Source: an uncultured cyanobacterium (lineage in GTDB: Bacteria > Cyanobacteriota > Cyanobacteriia > PCC-6307 > Cyanobiaceae). Taken from it: a stretch of DNA of 64,000 nucleotides. This document shows, piece after piece, positions 11,580 through 20,038 of the stretch. How positions within the stretch are numbered: the first letter of the stretch is position 1; each line of letters begins with the position of its first letter. The stretch covers positions 1 to 64,000 of the forward strand of contig CAVONQ010000008.1 in assembly GCA_963697335.1 (NCBI GenBank). The letters are read 5' to 3'. Position numbers and translations under genes: made by a program. The notes under the pieces were generated by a model, which saw nothing but the letters and a program-made list of their open reading frames with translations, did not search any database and was not told the DNA's origin.

Positions 11580-12275
11580 ATGTGCTTCTCCAGCAGCGCC
11601 AGCTTCGTGGTGGCGGCCGCTCTGTTGCCCCTGGGGGTGGTCTCCGTGCGCTACTGCCTGCAGGAGCAGCGGAGCGAACTGCTGCCCCTGGCCCTCTCGC
11701 CCCTGTTCTTCTCGATGCAGCAGGCCCTCGAGGGTGTGGTCTGGCTTGGCCTGGCGCCCGATGGCCCCGGCTGGCTCGTGCACCCTGCCGCGCTCGCCTA
11801 TCTGTTCTTCGCCTATGCCTTCTGGCTGGCCTGGTTTCCCTGGTGCGCCTTGCATCTGAACCGGCAGGCGCCGCCTGGTCTGCGGCGAAGCCTGCTGCAG
11901 ATCTTTCTGGTGTTGGGCCTGCTGGTGGGCGCAGGCCTCTGGGTGCCGCTGCTTCTGGATGGTTCCATCCTCCAGCCCGCCGTGGTGCATGGATCGCTCA
12001 ACTACGCCACCACCTTGCTGGCGGATCGCTGGATCAGTCTGGGTGTAGGCAGCACGGTGTATGGGCTGCTGATCATCACGCCGTTGCTGCTCAGCGGCTC
12101 GGGGCGGCTGAGCTGGTTCGGTGGATGTGTGCTGTCGGCGTTCCTGATGTCCCATCTGCTTTACGCCTATGCCTTCACCTCAGTGTGGTGCTTCTTCAGC
12201 GCACTGCTGTCGGCTTCCCTGGCATGGATTCTTCGGGATCCTCAGCCTGTGGCGCTGCCGGTTGCCCAGTCCTAG
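11580..12275 (+). CDS. DUF6629-like multi-pass membrane protein
   Basis: MCFSSSASF start, QQALEG, C-terminal FTSVWCFFSA. Confidence 0.8.
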   Translation: MCFSSSASFVVAAALLPLGVVSVRYCLQEQRSELLPLALSPLFFSMQQALEGVVWLGLAPDGPGWLVHPAALAYLFFAYAFWLAWFPWCALHLNRQAPPGLRRSLLQIFLVLGLLVGAGLWVPLLLDGSILQPAVVHGSLNYATTLLADRWISLGVGSTVYGLLIITPLLLSGSGRLSWFGGCVLSAFLMSHLLYAYAFTSVWCFFSALLSASLAWILRDPQPVALPVAQS

Positions 12276-12656
12276 GCCCGGTACCCGGTGAAAGCCCGGT
12301 CAGGGGATGGATCGACATGGTGTTGATCGCCACACACGTAGATCGGGGTTCGGGTTCCACCCTGCAGAACGTTCATTTGTCCTCCCTGACTGATCGCAGA
12401 GGGCCAGGACATCCGCCCATCACCACACCAGATCCTCTGAAATTCTTTGGTGATGTCATTCGCATCTAGGGTGAAGACGAGGAGAAACTCCTGATCATTC
12501 TGATCCGGGCGTCGTCAAGCGCCACAGACAGCGCAGCATGTTGTTCAGCGTAGTTAAAAATCCACACCTGCAGTCTTCTTTGCTGCGGACTCTGTCTGGC
12601 TGCGCTGTTTGGTCATGCCTTCTCTCGCACAGTTTTCACTCCCAGCACTTCACACC

Positions 12657-12824
12657 ATGGCAACATCAACAGCAACGCCGGCTCGGGGCCATGTCCAGCA
12701 CTTCGCCGAATCGGAGGGCGGCATGTGGGAGTCGGAAGACTCCCAGCTCCTCGATCCCCGTGTCACATCGGGTCAGGGAATCCTCGGGCAGCTGGGGCTC
12801 GGTGGCCTGCTCCCGCACGGCTGA
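12657..12824 (+). CDS. Small hypothetical protein (55 aa)
   Basis: MATSTATPARGHVQHFAESEGGMWESED...; plausible codon usage after a pyrimidine-rich leader. Confidence 0.45.
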   Translation: MATSTATPARGHVQHFAESEGGMWESEDSQLLDPRVTSGQGILGQLGLGGLLPHG

Positions 12825-12840
12825 GCCAGCCCCGCAGCCC

Positions 12841-13740
12841 TCAGGGGCGCAGGTCGCCTGCGATCGGGCCACCGGAAGGAGGTGCCGGCAACAGCGGCGT
12901 GGGATCCACCGCCACCAGCCCCTGATGCTGGCGTTGCCGCAGTTCCAGGTGCAGATGGGCCGTGCTGGCGTTGCCGCTCTGGCCCACCAGGCCCAGGCTC
13001 TGCCCCGCCGCCACACTGTCGCCGGCCACCACGCTGGCGCGCAGCAGGTGGGCGTAGAGGCTCGACCAGCCGCCGCCGTGGTCGACCAGCACCGTGAGGC
13101 CGTAGCCGCTGATCTCCGCCACCCGCTGCACCGTTCCCTGCATCACCGCCAGCACGGCGGTGCCCTCCGGCGCGATCAGATCCAGCCCGGTGTGCATGCG
13201 CCAGGCACCCCGCGCCGGGGAATAGCGCCAGCCCCAGGGGTCCTGCTCCGAGGCGGCCACGGCCAGGGGGTAGTGCAGGGGGCCGGGGGGCTTGAACGTG
13301 CTCGGGGCGGGAACGGTCGCCAGCTCCTGCAGGGCGAGATCCCCCACGGGAACCTGCTGGGGCACCAGCCCGGGGCGCTCGGGCCTGGTGGGTGCACCAG
13401 CAGCTGGCTTGGGCGCCAGTTCGAGCGTGGGTGCGTACGCGGGTTCGACCGTGGCGCCGGCGCCGCTGGCTGAGTCGGGAATGGGCGCTTCCAGGGAGGC
13501 CTGCGGCCCGACCGGTGGCGGAGGCAGGGGCTGATGAAGTGGCGGGTGCAGTGGCGCCGCGGCGCTGGCCTCCCCCAGCAGGCTCCACAGCACCAGGCCG
13601 CACAGCGGCAGGCGGAAGGGGGCGAGCGCAGCGGCGGCAGACGGGCAGCATCGATCCCATGGCGGCAGGAGCCACCGCGTTGTACCGCCTCCGCCGCCGT
13701 GGGGCCCGCGCCTAGCTTTCCCCCACTGAGGTGCAGGCAT
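12841..13740 (-). CDS. M23-family metallopeptidase (start uncertain)
   Basis: MHTGLDL, GYGLTVLVDHG, SLYAHL, HLHLE. Confidence 0.9.
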   Translation of the reverse strand: MPAPQWGKARRGPHGGGGGTTRWLLPPWDRCCPSAAAALAPFRLPLCGLVLWSLLGEASAAAPLHPPLHQPLPPPPVGPQASLEAPIPDSASGAGATVEPAYAPTLELAPKPAAGAPTRPERPGLVPQQVPVGDLALQELATVPAPSTFKPPGPLHYPLAVAASEQDPWGWRYSPARGAWRMHTGLDLIAPEGTAVLAVMQGTVQRVAEISGYGLTVLVDHGGGWSSLYAHLLRASVVAGDSVAAGQSLGLVGQSGNASTAHLHLELRQRQHQGLVAVDPTPLLPAPPSGGPIAGDLRP

Positions 13741-13948
13741 GAATCAGACCGTCAAAGGCATCACCTACGTGAGCGTGTGGGTGCTGCTCTGGGGCACCGC
13801 CTCCTCCCTCGCCGACTTCGTGCTGCTGCAGCGCGGCACCTACGAGACCGGCACCAGTGGCCAGCTGCTCACCTTTGCCGCCTATGGCATCGCCGCCCTG
13901 GTCATGGGGGTGCGCCTGTCAGGGCGCTTCCTCAAGACGGAGGACTAG
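13739..13948 (+). CDS. Small two-TM hypothetical protein
   Basis: 69 aa with two hydrophobic segments and strong GC3 bias. Confidence 0.75.
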   Translation: MNQTVKGITYVSVWVLLWGTASSLADFVLLQRGTYETGTSGQLLTFAAYGIAALVMGVRLSGRFLKTED

Positions 13949-15815
13949 CCCCCTCACTCCCGCCTTCCGCCTGCTCCCGCAGCACCGCCAGCAGCGCTTC
14001 GCCGTAGCGCTCCAGCTTGGCGGCGCCGATGCCACTCACCTGGCCCAGCTCGTCGAGGCTGCTGGGCTGGCGCACCGCCAGCTCCAGCAGGGTTCGGTCG
14101 TGGAACACCACGTAGGGGGGCACCGCCTGCTGGCGAGCCTGGTCGCGGCGCCACAGCTTCAGGGCCGCCACCAGGGCCGGATCGGCCCCTTCGGCGTCGA
14201 GTTCGGGCCTCTGCACCCCACCCCCACGGCCGTCTCCCGTCCGGCCGCTGCGGCGCCGCTCCTTCTGGGGGGGCGGCAACGGCAGTGCCAGGCTGGCCTC
14301 CCCCCGCAGCAAGGGCTTCACCAGGGCGTCGGCGCCAAAGCAGAGGCCGCCGTGGCCGTCGGGGCTGGGCTGCAGGTAGCCGGCGCTGGTGAGCTGGCGC
14401 AGCAGCGTGCGCCACTGGCTGCGGTCGAGTTCCTGGCCGATGCCATGCACGCTCAGCTCCTGGTGCCCCAGCTGGCGGATCCGCTCGGTGTTGCCCCCCA
14501 GCAGCACATCCACCACGTGGGCGGCGCCGAAGCGCTGGCCGGTGCGGTACACCGCCGAGAGGGCCTTGCGGGCCGGCTCGGTCACATCCACCCGGGCCTG
14601 GGGTTCCAGGCAGCCATCGCAGTTGCCGCAGGGCTCCGGCAGCGCCTCGCCGAAGTGCTGCAGCAGCACCTGGCGGCGGCAGCCGGGGGCCTCGGTGAAG
14701 CCGATCAGGGCATCGAGCTTGCCGTGCTCGATGCGCTTCTGGGCCTCGGGGGCGTCGGAGTCGTCGATGAAGCGGCGCAGCTGGGGCACATCGCCCGGGC
14801 CATGCACCATCCAGGCCTCCGCCGGCAGCCCGTCGCGGCCGCCCCGGCCGGTCTCCTGGTAGTAGGCCTCCAGGCTCTTGGGCAGGTCCACGTGGGCCAC
14901 GAAGCGCACGTCCGGCTTGTCGATGCCCATGCCGAAGGCGATCGTGGCCACCACCACCACGCCGCTGCCGTTGCGGAACTGCTGCAGGGTGCGGCTGCGG
15001 GCCTCCGCCTCCATGCCGGCGTGATACGCCAGCGCCTCGAAGCCCGCCGCCCGCAGGTCTGCCGCAAAGCGGTCCACCCGGGCCCGGGAGCGGGCATAGA
15101 CGATGCCCGAGTCGCCCCGGTGCTGTTCCAGAAACTGCAGCAGCTGGCCCTTGGCGTCGTCCTTGGCCCGCAGCAGGTAGCGGATGTTGGGGCGATCAAA
15201 GCTGGCCAGGAACACCCGGCCGCCCTCGAGCCGCAGCCGCGTCACGATCTCCTCGCGGGTGCGGGGGTCGGCGGTGGCGGTGAGGGCCAGCCGCGGCACC
15301 CGGGGGAAGCGCTCCGCCAGCACCGCCAGCTGGATGTACTCGGGCCGGAAGTCGTGGCCCCACTGCGACACGCAATGGGCCTCATCGATGGCGAACAGGG
15401 CCAGGGGCAGGGCCGCCAGCCGCTCCAGCAGATCGCCCCCCAGCAGCCGCTCCGGCGACACATAGAGCAGGTCGAGCTGGCCCTGGCTGAGCTGGCGCCA
15501 CACCGTGCTGGCCTCCGCGGCCGAGAGGGAGGAGTTGAGGGCCGCCGCCCGCACCCCCGCCTGCTGCAGGGCCTCCACCTGGTCCTGCATCAGGGCGATC
15601 AGGGGCGACACCACCACCGCCACGCCCGGTAGGCAGAGGGCCGGCACCTGATAGCAGAGGGATTTGCCCCCACCAGTGGGCATCAGCACCAGGCCGGAGC
15701 CGCCGCCCAGCACGTGGCGCACGATCTCCTCCTGGGGCCCCCGGAAGCTGGCGTAGCCGAACACGTGCCGCAACACGGCCATCGGATCGGCAGCTGGCCG
15801 GTCTGGCTGCACCAT
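13932..15815 (-). CDS. recQ: ATP-dependent DNA helicase RecQ
   Basis: MPTGGGKSLCYQ, DEAHCVSQWGHDFRPEY, QETGRGGRDG, Zn-binding CGNCDGC, HRDC (PPYVVFHD). Confidence 0.97.
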   Translation of the reverse strand: MVQPDRPAADPMAVLRHVFGYASFRGPQEEIVRHVLGGGSGLVLMPTGGGKSLCYQVPALCLPGVAVVVSPLIALMQDQVEALQQAGVRAAALNSSLSAAEASTVWRQLSQGQLDLLYVSPERLLGGDLLERLAALPLALFAIDEAHCVSQWGHDFRPEYIQLAVLAERFPRVPRLALTATADPRTREEIVTRLRLEGGRVFLASFDRPNIRYLLRAKDDAKGQLLQFLEQHRGDSGIVYARSRARVDRFAADLRAAGFEALAYHAGMEAEARSRTLQQFRNGSGVVVVATIAFGMGIDKPDVRFVAHVDLPKSLEAYYQETGRGGRDGLPAEAWMVHGPGDVPQLRRFIDDSDAPEAQKRIEHGKLDALIGFTEAPGCRRQVLLQHFGEALPEPCGNCDGCLEPQARVDVTEPARKALSAVYRTGQRFGAAHVVDVLLGGNTERIRQLGHQELSVHGIGQELDRSQWRTLLRQLTSAGYLQPSPDGHGGLCFGADALVKPLLRGEASLALPLPPPQKERRRSGRTGDGRGGGVQRPELDAEGADPALVAALKLWRRDQARQQAVPPYVVFHDRTLLELAVRQPSSLDELGQVSGIGAAKLERYGEALLAVLREQAEGGSEGASPPS

Positions 15816-15890
15816 CGCGCTCAGGGGTCTGCTTGCTGCGGAAGCATCGGTCACGGCATCTTCCACAATGGCTCCATCCCGTGGGCCGTG

Positions 15891-16796
15891 ATGGCGTCTT
15901 CTCCCGCGAAACCGGCACCCAGGGGCCCTGGCCAGCAGGCCGCCTGGGGCTTTCTGGCCCCCGCCCTGCTGCTGATCAGCCTCTCGGTGCTGATCCCGGC
16001 GGCGATGGCCCTGGTGATCAGCTTCACCGAGGCCGGCCTCGACGTGAGCGAGCCCCTGCGCTTCGTGGGGCTGGCCAACGTGCGCCGCCTGCTTTCCGAT
16101 CCGATGTTCTTCCGGGTCACGGGCACCACCTTCCTCTATCTCATTGGTGTGGTGCCACCGGTGGTTCTGGGGGCCCTGGGCCTGGCCGTGCTGGTGAATC
16201 GTCAGATTCCCGGCATCCACTGGTTTCGGGCCGCCTTCTACACGCCGGTGCTGGTGTCGATCGTGGTGGCGGCCATCGCCTTCCGCTGGCTCTATGCCGA
16301 GAACGGCCTGATCAACGGCTGGCTGGGGGCCCTGCTGGGGGATGCCTTCAGCCCGATCGGCTTTCTCACCTCGCCGCTGCTGGCCCTGCCGGCGGTGATG
16401 CTCGTGACCCTCTGGAAGGGCCTCGGCTACTACATGGTGATCTTCCTGGCCGGGCTGCAGGGCATTTCGGCCGACCTCTACGAGGCCGCTGCCCTGGACG
16501 GCAGCGAAGGCTGGCGCAAGCACGTGGACATCACCCTGCCGCTGCTGCGGCCCTACATCACCCTGGTGGCCGTGATCTCGGCGATCGCCGCCACCAAGGT
16601 GTTCGAGGAGGTGTTCCTGATGACCCAGGGCGGCCCCGCCGACTCCACCCGCACGATCGTGTACTACGTGTATGAGCAGGCCTTCTCGGAACTGGAGATC
16701 GCCTATGCCTGCACCGTGGGCCTGGCCCTGTTCCTGATCGTGCTGGTGCTGAGCCTGATCCGCTTCGCCTTCGCCGGCGACCAAGGTCTCACCTGA
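15891..16796 (+). CDS. Carbohydrate ABC transporter permease
   Basis: Six TM segments; EAA motif LYEAAALDG. Confidence 0.92.
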   Translation: MASSPAKPAPRGPGQQAAWGFLAPALLLISLSVLIPAAMALVISFTEAGLDVSEPLRFVGLANVRRLLSDPMFFRVTGTTFLYLIGVVPPVVLGALGLAVLVNRQIPGIHWFRAAFYTPVLVSIVVAAIAFRWLYAENGLINGWLGALLGDAFSPIGFLTSPLLALPAVMLVTLWKGLGYYMVIFLAGLQGISADLYEAAALDGSEGWRKHVDITLPLLRPYITLVAVISAIAATKVFEEVFLMTQGGPADSTRTIVYYVYEQAFSELEIAYACTVGLALFLIVLVLSLIRFAFAGDQGLT

Positions 16797-16903
16797 ATGC
16801 GGGGCTTCACCTGAGGCAGGGCCCAGCCCCCTGGCGCCCTAACCTTGTCCTTGTCTTTTCGGGCGGGGCCGGGACGGTTCGTTCCAGGCCCCGGCACCCG
16901 TCG

Positions 16904-18136
16904 TTGCCGCCCGTGACCGTGCTCCCGTTGAAGGCCGAAACCCTGGCCCCCGTAGCCCCCGAGGGCGAGGCGCGGATCGGCGTGGTGGGGGGCGGCCAGC
17001 TGGCCTGGATGCTGGCCTCTGCCGCGGCCCAGCTCGACATCCCCCTGGTGGTGCAGACGCCGTCGCCGGACGATCCGGCCAGCCGCCTGGCCTCCGCTCT
17101 GGTGCTGGGAGATCCCGGCGACGGCGCCGCCCTGCGGCGGCTGGCGGACGCCTGCAGCGCCGTGACCTTCGAGAACGAATGGGTGGATCTGGAGCTGCTC
17201 TCCCAACTGGAAGCTGAAGGTGTGCGCTTCGTGCCCAGTGTCGCGGCCCTCACGCCGCTGGTGAGCAAGCGCAGCCAGCGGCAGCTGCTGCAACGGCTGC
17301 AGCTGCCCGCCCCCGCCTGGTTGGACCTGGCCGCTCTGCTTCCCGCAACGCCCGGCCCCGGGCAGCCGGAGTTGCCTGCGGGCTGGACCTTTCCGGTGAT
17401 GGCCAAGGCCGCCACCGGCGGCTACGACGGCAAAGCCACCGTGGTGCTGCGAGACGCCGGCGAGCTCGCCGAGCTGGTCGAGAGCGTGGACCCGGCCGAC
17501 TGGATCGTGGAGCGCTTCGTGGCCTTCGAGATCGAGCTCTCCCAGCTGGTGTGCCGCGACGCCCAGGGGGCCGTGCGCTGTTACCCGCTGGTGCAGACCC
17601 ACCAGCACCACCGCGTCTGCGACTGGGTGCTGGCGCCGGCCGACGTGCCCCACGCCGTGCAGGCCTTCGCCCGCAACATCGCCGTGTCCCTGCTCACGGC
17701 CATCGACTATGTGGGCGTGCTCTCGATCGAGTTCTTCTATGGCCCTGAAGGCCTGCAGATCAACGAGATCGCTCCCCGCACCCACAACTCCGGCCACGTG
17801 ACGATCGAGGCCGCCCACACCAGCCAGTTCAGCCAGCAGGCCCGCATCGTGGCCGGCCTGCCCATGGGGGAGGTGGAGCTCAAGGTGCCCGGTGCCCTGA
17901 TGGTGAACCTGCTCGGCTACGAGCGCTCCAGGGCCAGCTACGCCCAGCAGCGCCGGGCCCTGGCCGAGCTTCCCGGTGCCAGCCTGCACTGGTACGGCAA
18001 GCAGGGGGCCGTGCTGGGTCGCAAGCTCGGCCATGTGACCCTGCTGCTCGACGGCGCCACCGCGGCAGAGCGCAGGCGGCAGGCCCGTGAGGGCCTCGAG
18101 AAGGTGCGGGCGATCTGGCCCAACCCCACCTATTGA
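16904..18136 (+). CDS. purK: N5-CAIR synthase
   Basis: GGGQLA, TFENE, GGYDGK, NEIAPRTHNSGH, RKLGH. Confidence 0.96.
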   Translation: MPPVTVLPLKAETLAPVAPEGEARIGVVGGGQLAWMLASAAAQLDIPLVVQTPSPDDPASRLASALVLGDPGDGAALRRLADACSAVTFENEWVDLELLSQLEAEGVRFVPSVAALTPLVSKRSQRQLLQRLQLPAPAWLDLAALLPATPGPGQPELPAGWTFPVMAKAATGGYDGKATVVLRDAGELAELVESVDPADWIVERFVAFEIELSQLVCRDAQGAVRCYPLVQTHQHHRVCDWVLAPADVPHAVQAFARNIAVSLLTAIDYVGVLSIEFFYGPEGLQINEIAPRTHNSGHVTIEAAHTSQFSQQARIVAGLPMGEVELKVPGALMVNLLGYERSRASYAQQRRALAELPGASLHWYGKQGAVLGRKLGHVTLLLDGATAAERRRQAREGLEKVRAIWPNPTY

Positions 18137-18193
18137 GCTTGTTCTCCTGCGATGAGGGGCTCGGAACCCGGCCAGAGGCCCTAAGCTTTGCCT

Positions 18194-18370
18194 GGACTGC
18201 CTTGTTGGTGACTGCCTTTTACAGTTTTCTGATCTGACTCCTCTTTCGACATGGGGAGTCTGCGGCGGAAGCGACGTAAACCGGCCTCGTAGCCGGAAAT
18301 GAAGCCCCGCTCCTGACACCCCTTCTGGTAACACCAGGTCGAACACTGGGGCAAAACGGCACGGCGGTCC
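18194..18370 (+). ncRNA. ssrS: 6S RNA (SsaA/Yfr7-type)
   Basis: About 180 nt immediately downstream of purK, the known picocyanobacterial position. The terminal stem ggactgccttgttg pairs with cggcacggcggtcc. Confidence 0.85.
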
Positions 18371-18473
18371 ATCCTTTTCCACTCCCTTGGCGCTCCCGGG
18401 CCCGAGGGTTTTTTGCTGTCACTTCAGGCCGATCCGGCGCCATGGTGGGAGGGCGTGGACGCAGCCAGCCGTG

Positions 18474-18947
18474 ATGGAACCCTCAGCCTCCGTTCAGCCG
18501 CCGCTGCCGAGTTTCCAGGAGGCGTTCATCACCCTCCTCTCCCTGGCTCCGGGGCCCGTGTTCCCGAGGGCCAGGCAGCTCTACCTGCACAAGTACCCCC
18601 TCGAAGGATCCCCCGCCCAGCTGGAGGCCCAGGCCTCCCGGAGCCGCTTCCGCAGCTTCCTGCTCCAGGAGGAGATCCAGGAGGGCAGCGACGGGGTGTA
18701 TCGGGTGCGGGCTGCCGCCTTCGCCGTGGTGCACTGGCACGCCCCCCAGACCAACCCAGCCGATTACCTCAACTACCTGCGCCAGCGCTGGCAGCTCGAG
18801 CCGGAAGACCTGGAGCTCCAGAGCGACCAGTGGTTCCGGGGCGGTGGAGCCTTTGCCCGCTTCACCGCCCCGGCTGTCTATGAGCGCCAGGGGGCAAGCC
18901 AGCTGCGCTTGAGCCTGGCCCAGGGCCCTCACCCCTCCAGCAGCTGA
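18474..18947 (+). CDS. Conserved-looking hypothetical protein
   Basis: 157-aa ORF with strong GC3 bias. Confidence 0.75.
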   Translation: MEPSASVQPPLPSFQEAFITLLSLAPGPVFPRARQLYLHKYPLEGSPAQLEAQASRSRFRSFLLQEEIQEGSDGVYRVRAAAFAVVHWHAPQTNPADYLNYLRQRWQLEPEDLELQSDQWFRGGGAFARFTAPAVYERQGASQLRLSLAQGPHPSSS

Positions 18948-19207
18948 TCCACCAGGGCCTGCAGCTGCTCGCCGCTGCAGGTCGTCACCACGAACACCTC
19001 CTGGGCACTGGAGCCCCGCCGCGCCACCAGCTTGTGGCCCCCCCGAATCGGCGTGGACACCCTCAGCCGCAGGCTCGGGCTGCGTCCCTTCACCCGGCTG
19101 ATCACGGCGGGGGTCACCGTGTCGATCGAGGGCAGCCTGGCCAGGCGCCGCAACAGCGGGATCAACCCCTCCAGGTAGGTGCTGTGGGTCACCACGACCC
19201 GGCCCAT
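18929..19207 (-). CDS. DUF2103-family protein
   Basis: [17 protein letters not shown]...ARRGSSAQEVFVVT; overlaps the clpS stop codon. Confidence 0.85.
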   Translation of the reverse strand: MGRVVVTHSTYLEGLIPLLRRLARLPSIDTVTPAVISRVKGRSPSLRLRVSTPIRGGHKLVARRGSSAQEVFVVTTCSGEQLQALVDQLLEG

Positions 19208-19497
19208 CAGTCCCGCTCCAGCGGAGCCATGGTGAGGCCCTCGGCCCCCAGTTGCTGGTGGTAGAGCTCGGCCTGCTCCTGGGGCCCGCTCCACACCACG
19301 GCGGAGCCTTCGCCGTCGATGCGCTGGGCCAGATCCCAGGCCTTGTCGGGCTGCATGCCCGGGATGAAGCGCACCAGGCACTCCACCACGTGCTGGAAGG
19401 TGTTGACGTCGTCGTCGAGCACGACCACCCGATAGTTGGGGTAGGGCTGACGCACCAGTTGCCGCTCGCGCACGGCAGTCGGGGACGAACTCACCAT
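19207..19497 (-). CDS. clpS: Clp protease adaptor ClpS
   Basis: [20 protein letters not shown]...AELYHQQL. Confidence 0.93.
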   Translation of the reverse strand: MVSSSPTAVRERQLVRQPYPNYRVVVLDDDVNTFQHVVECLVRFIPGMQPDKAWDLAQRIDGEGSAVVWSGPQEQAELYHQQLGAEGLTMAPLERD

Positions 19498-19561
19498 GGT
19501 GATGACCTGTCCGGAGTGGTTGGAGCCTAGGTACACTGCCGCAACGCCACGCATTTCCACC

Positions 19562-19663
19562 ATGCTGATCACCCTGGGCTGGGCCTCCCTGGCTGCCCTG
19601 TTCACCTTCTCGATCGCGATGGTGGTGTGGGGCCGTCACGGCGACAACAGCATCAGCTTCTGA
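19562..19663 (+). CDS. petN: Cytochrome b6f subunit VIII
   Basis: Manual translation [33 protein letters not shown] (below the ORF-track length cutoff). Confidence 0.95.
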   Translation: MLITLGWASLAALFTFSIAMVVWGRHGDNSISF

Positions 19664-19726
19664 TCGCCCAGCGCCCTGGCCGCCCCGTGGCCGGCACCCT
19701 CCCGACCCCCCGACCCTTCCCTTCCG

Positions 19727-20038
19727 GTGGCTGATCTGCCTTTCAGCAGCACCCAGCTCCTTGCTGGTGTCGCCTCCGCGCTGCTGCTGTTTGTGAGTCT
19801 CGGCGTGGTTTACCTCTCCACCGTGGAGTGGCGCGATCGGCGGCGGCGCCGCTTGGACAGTTCTGCTGCGCTGTTGAAGCCCGGCGCCCGCGGCAAGGGC
19901 AGCAAGCCCACCGGCGGCAGCAAGGCCGGCAACATCAAGTCCGGCAGCACTTCGAAGGCTGGCAGCGGCTCGAAGGCCTCCTCCGGCATCAGGGCCGGGC
20001 GCCGTTCCAGCAGCAGCGGCAGCTCGCCCCGGTCGTGA
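19727..20038 (+). CDS. Single-TM hypothetical protein with a G/S/K-rich tail
   Basis: TM segment then VYLSTVEWRDRRRRR and a low-complexity tail. Confidence 0.7.
   Translation: MADLPFSSTQLLAGVASALLLFVSLGVVYLSTVEWRDRRRRRLDSSAALLKPGARGKGSKPTGGSKAGNIKSGSTSKAGSGSKASSGIRAGRRSSSSGSSPRS

Noticed and set aside
12365..12420. CGTTCA start resembling glutamine riboswitches
   Set aside because: The remaining conserved elements (GGAAG, GGAACG) are not present.
12550..12563. NtcA-like site GTAGTTAAAAATCC
   Set aside because: Mismatch in the TAC half and no supporting nitrogen-related context.
13857..15632. Long antisense ORFs (this one, 24468-26255, 27522-29927, 30895-33471, 53548-56040 and others)
   Set aside because: Shadow frames of high-GC3 genes on the opposite strand, with no recognisable motifs.
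13932..16784. Apparent 950-aa RecQ with a long N-terminal extension
   Set aside because: The extension is the antisense shadow of the sugar permease; RecQ starts near 15815.
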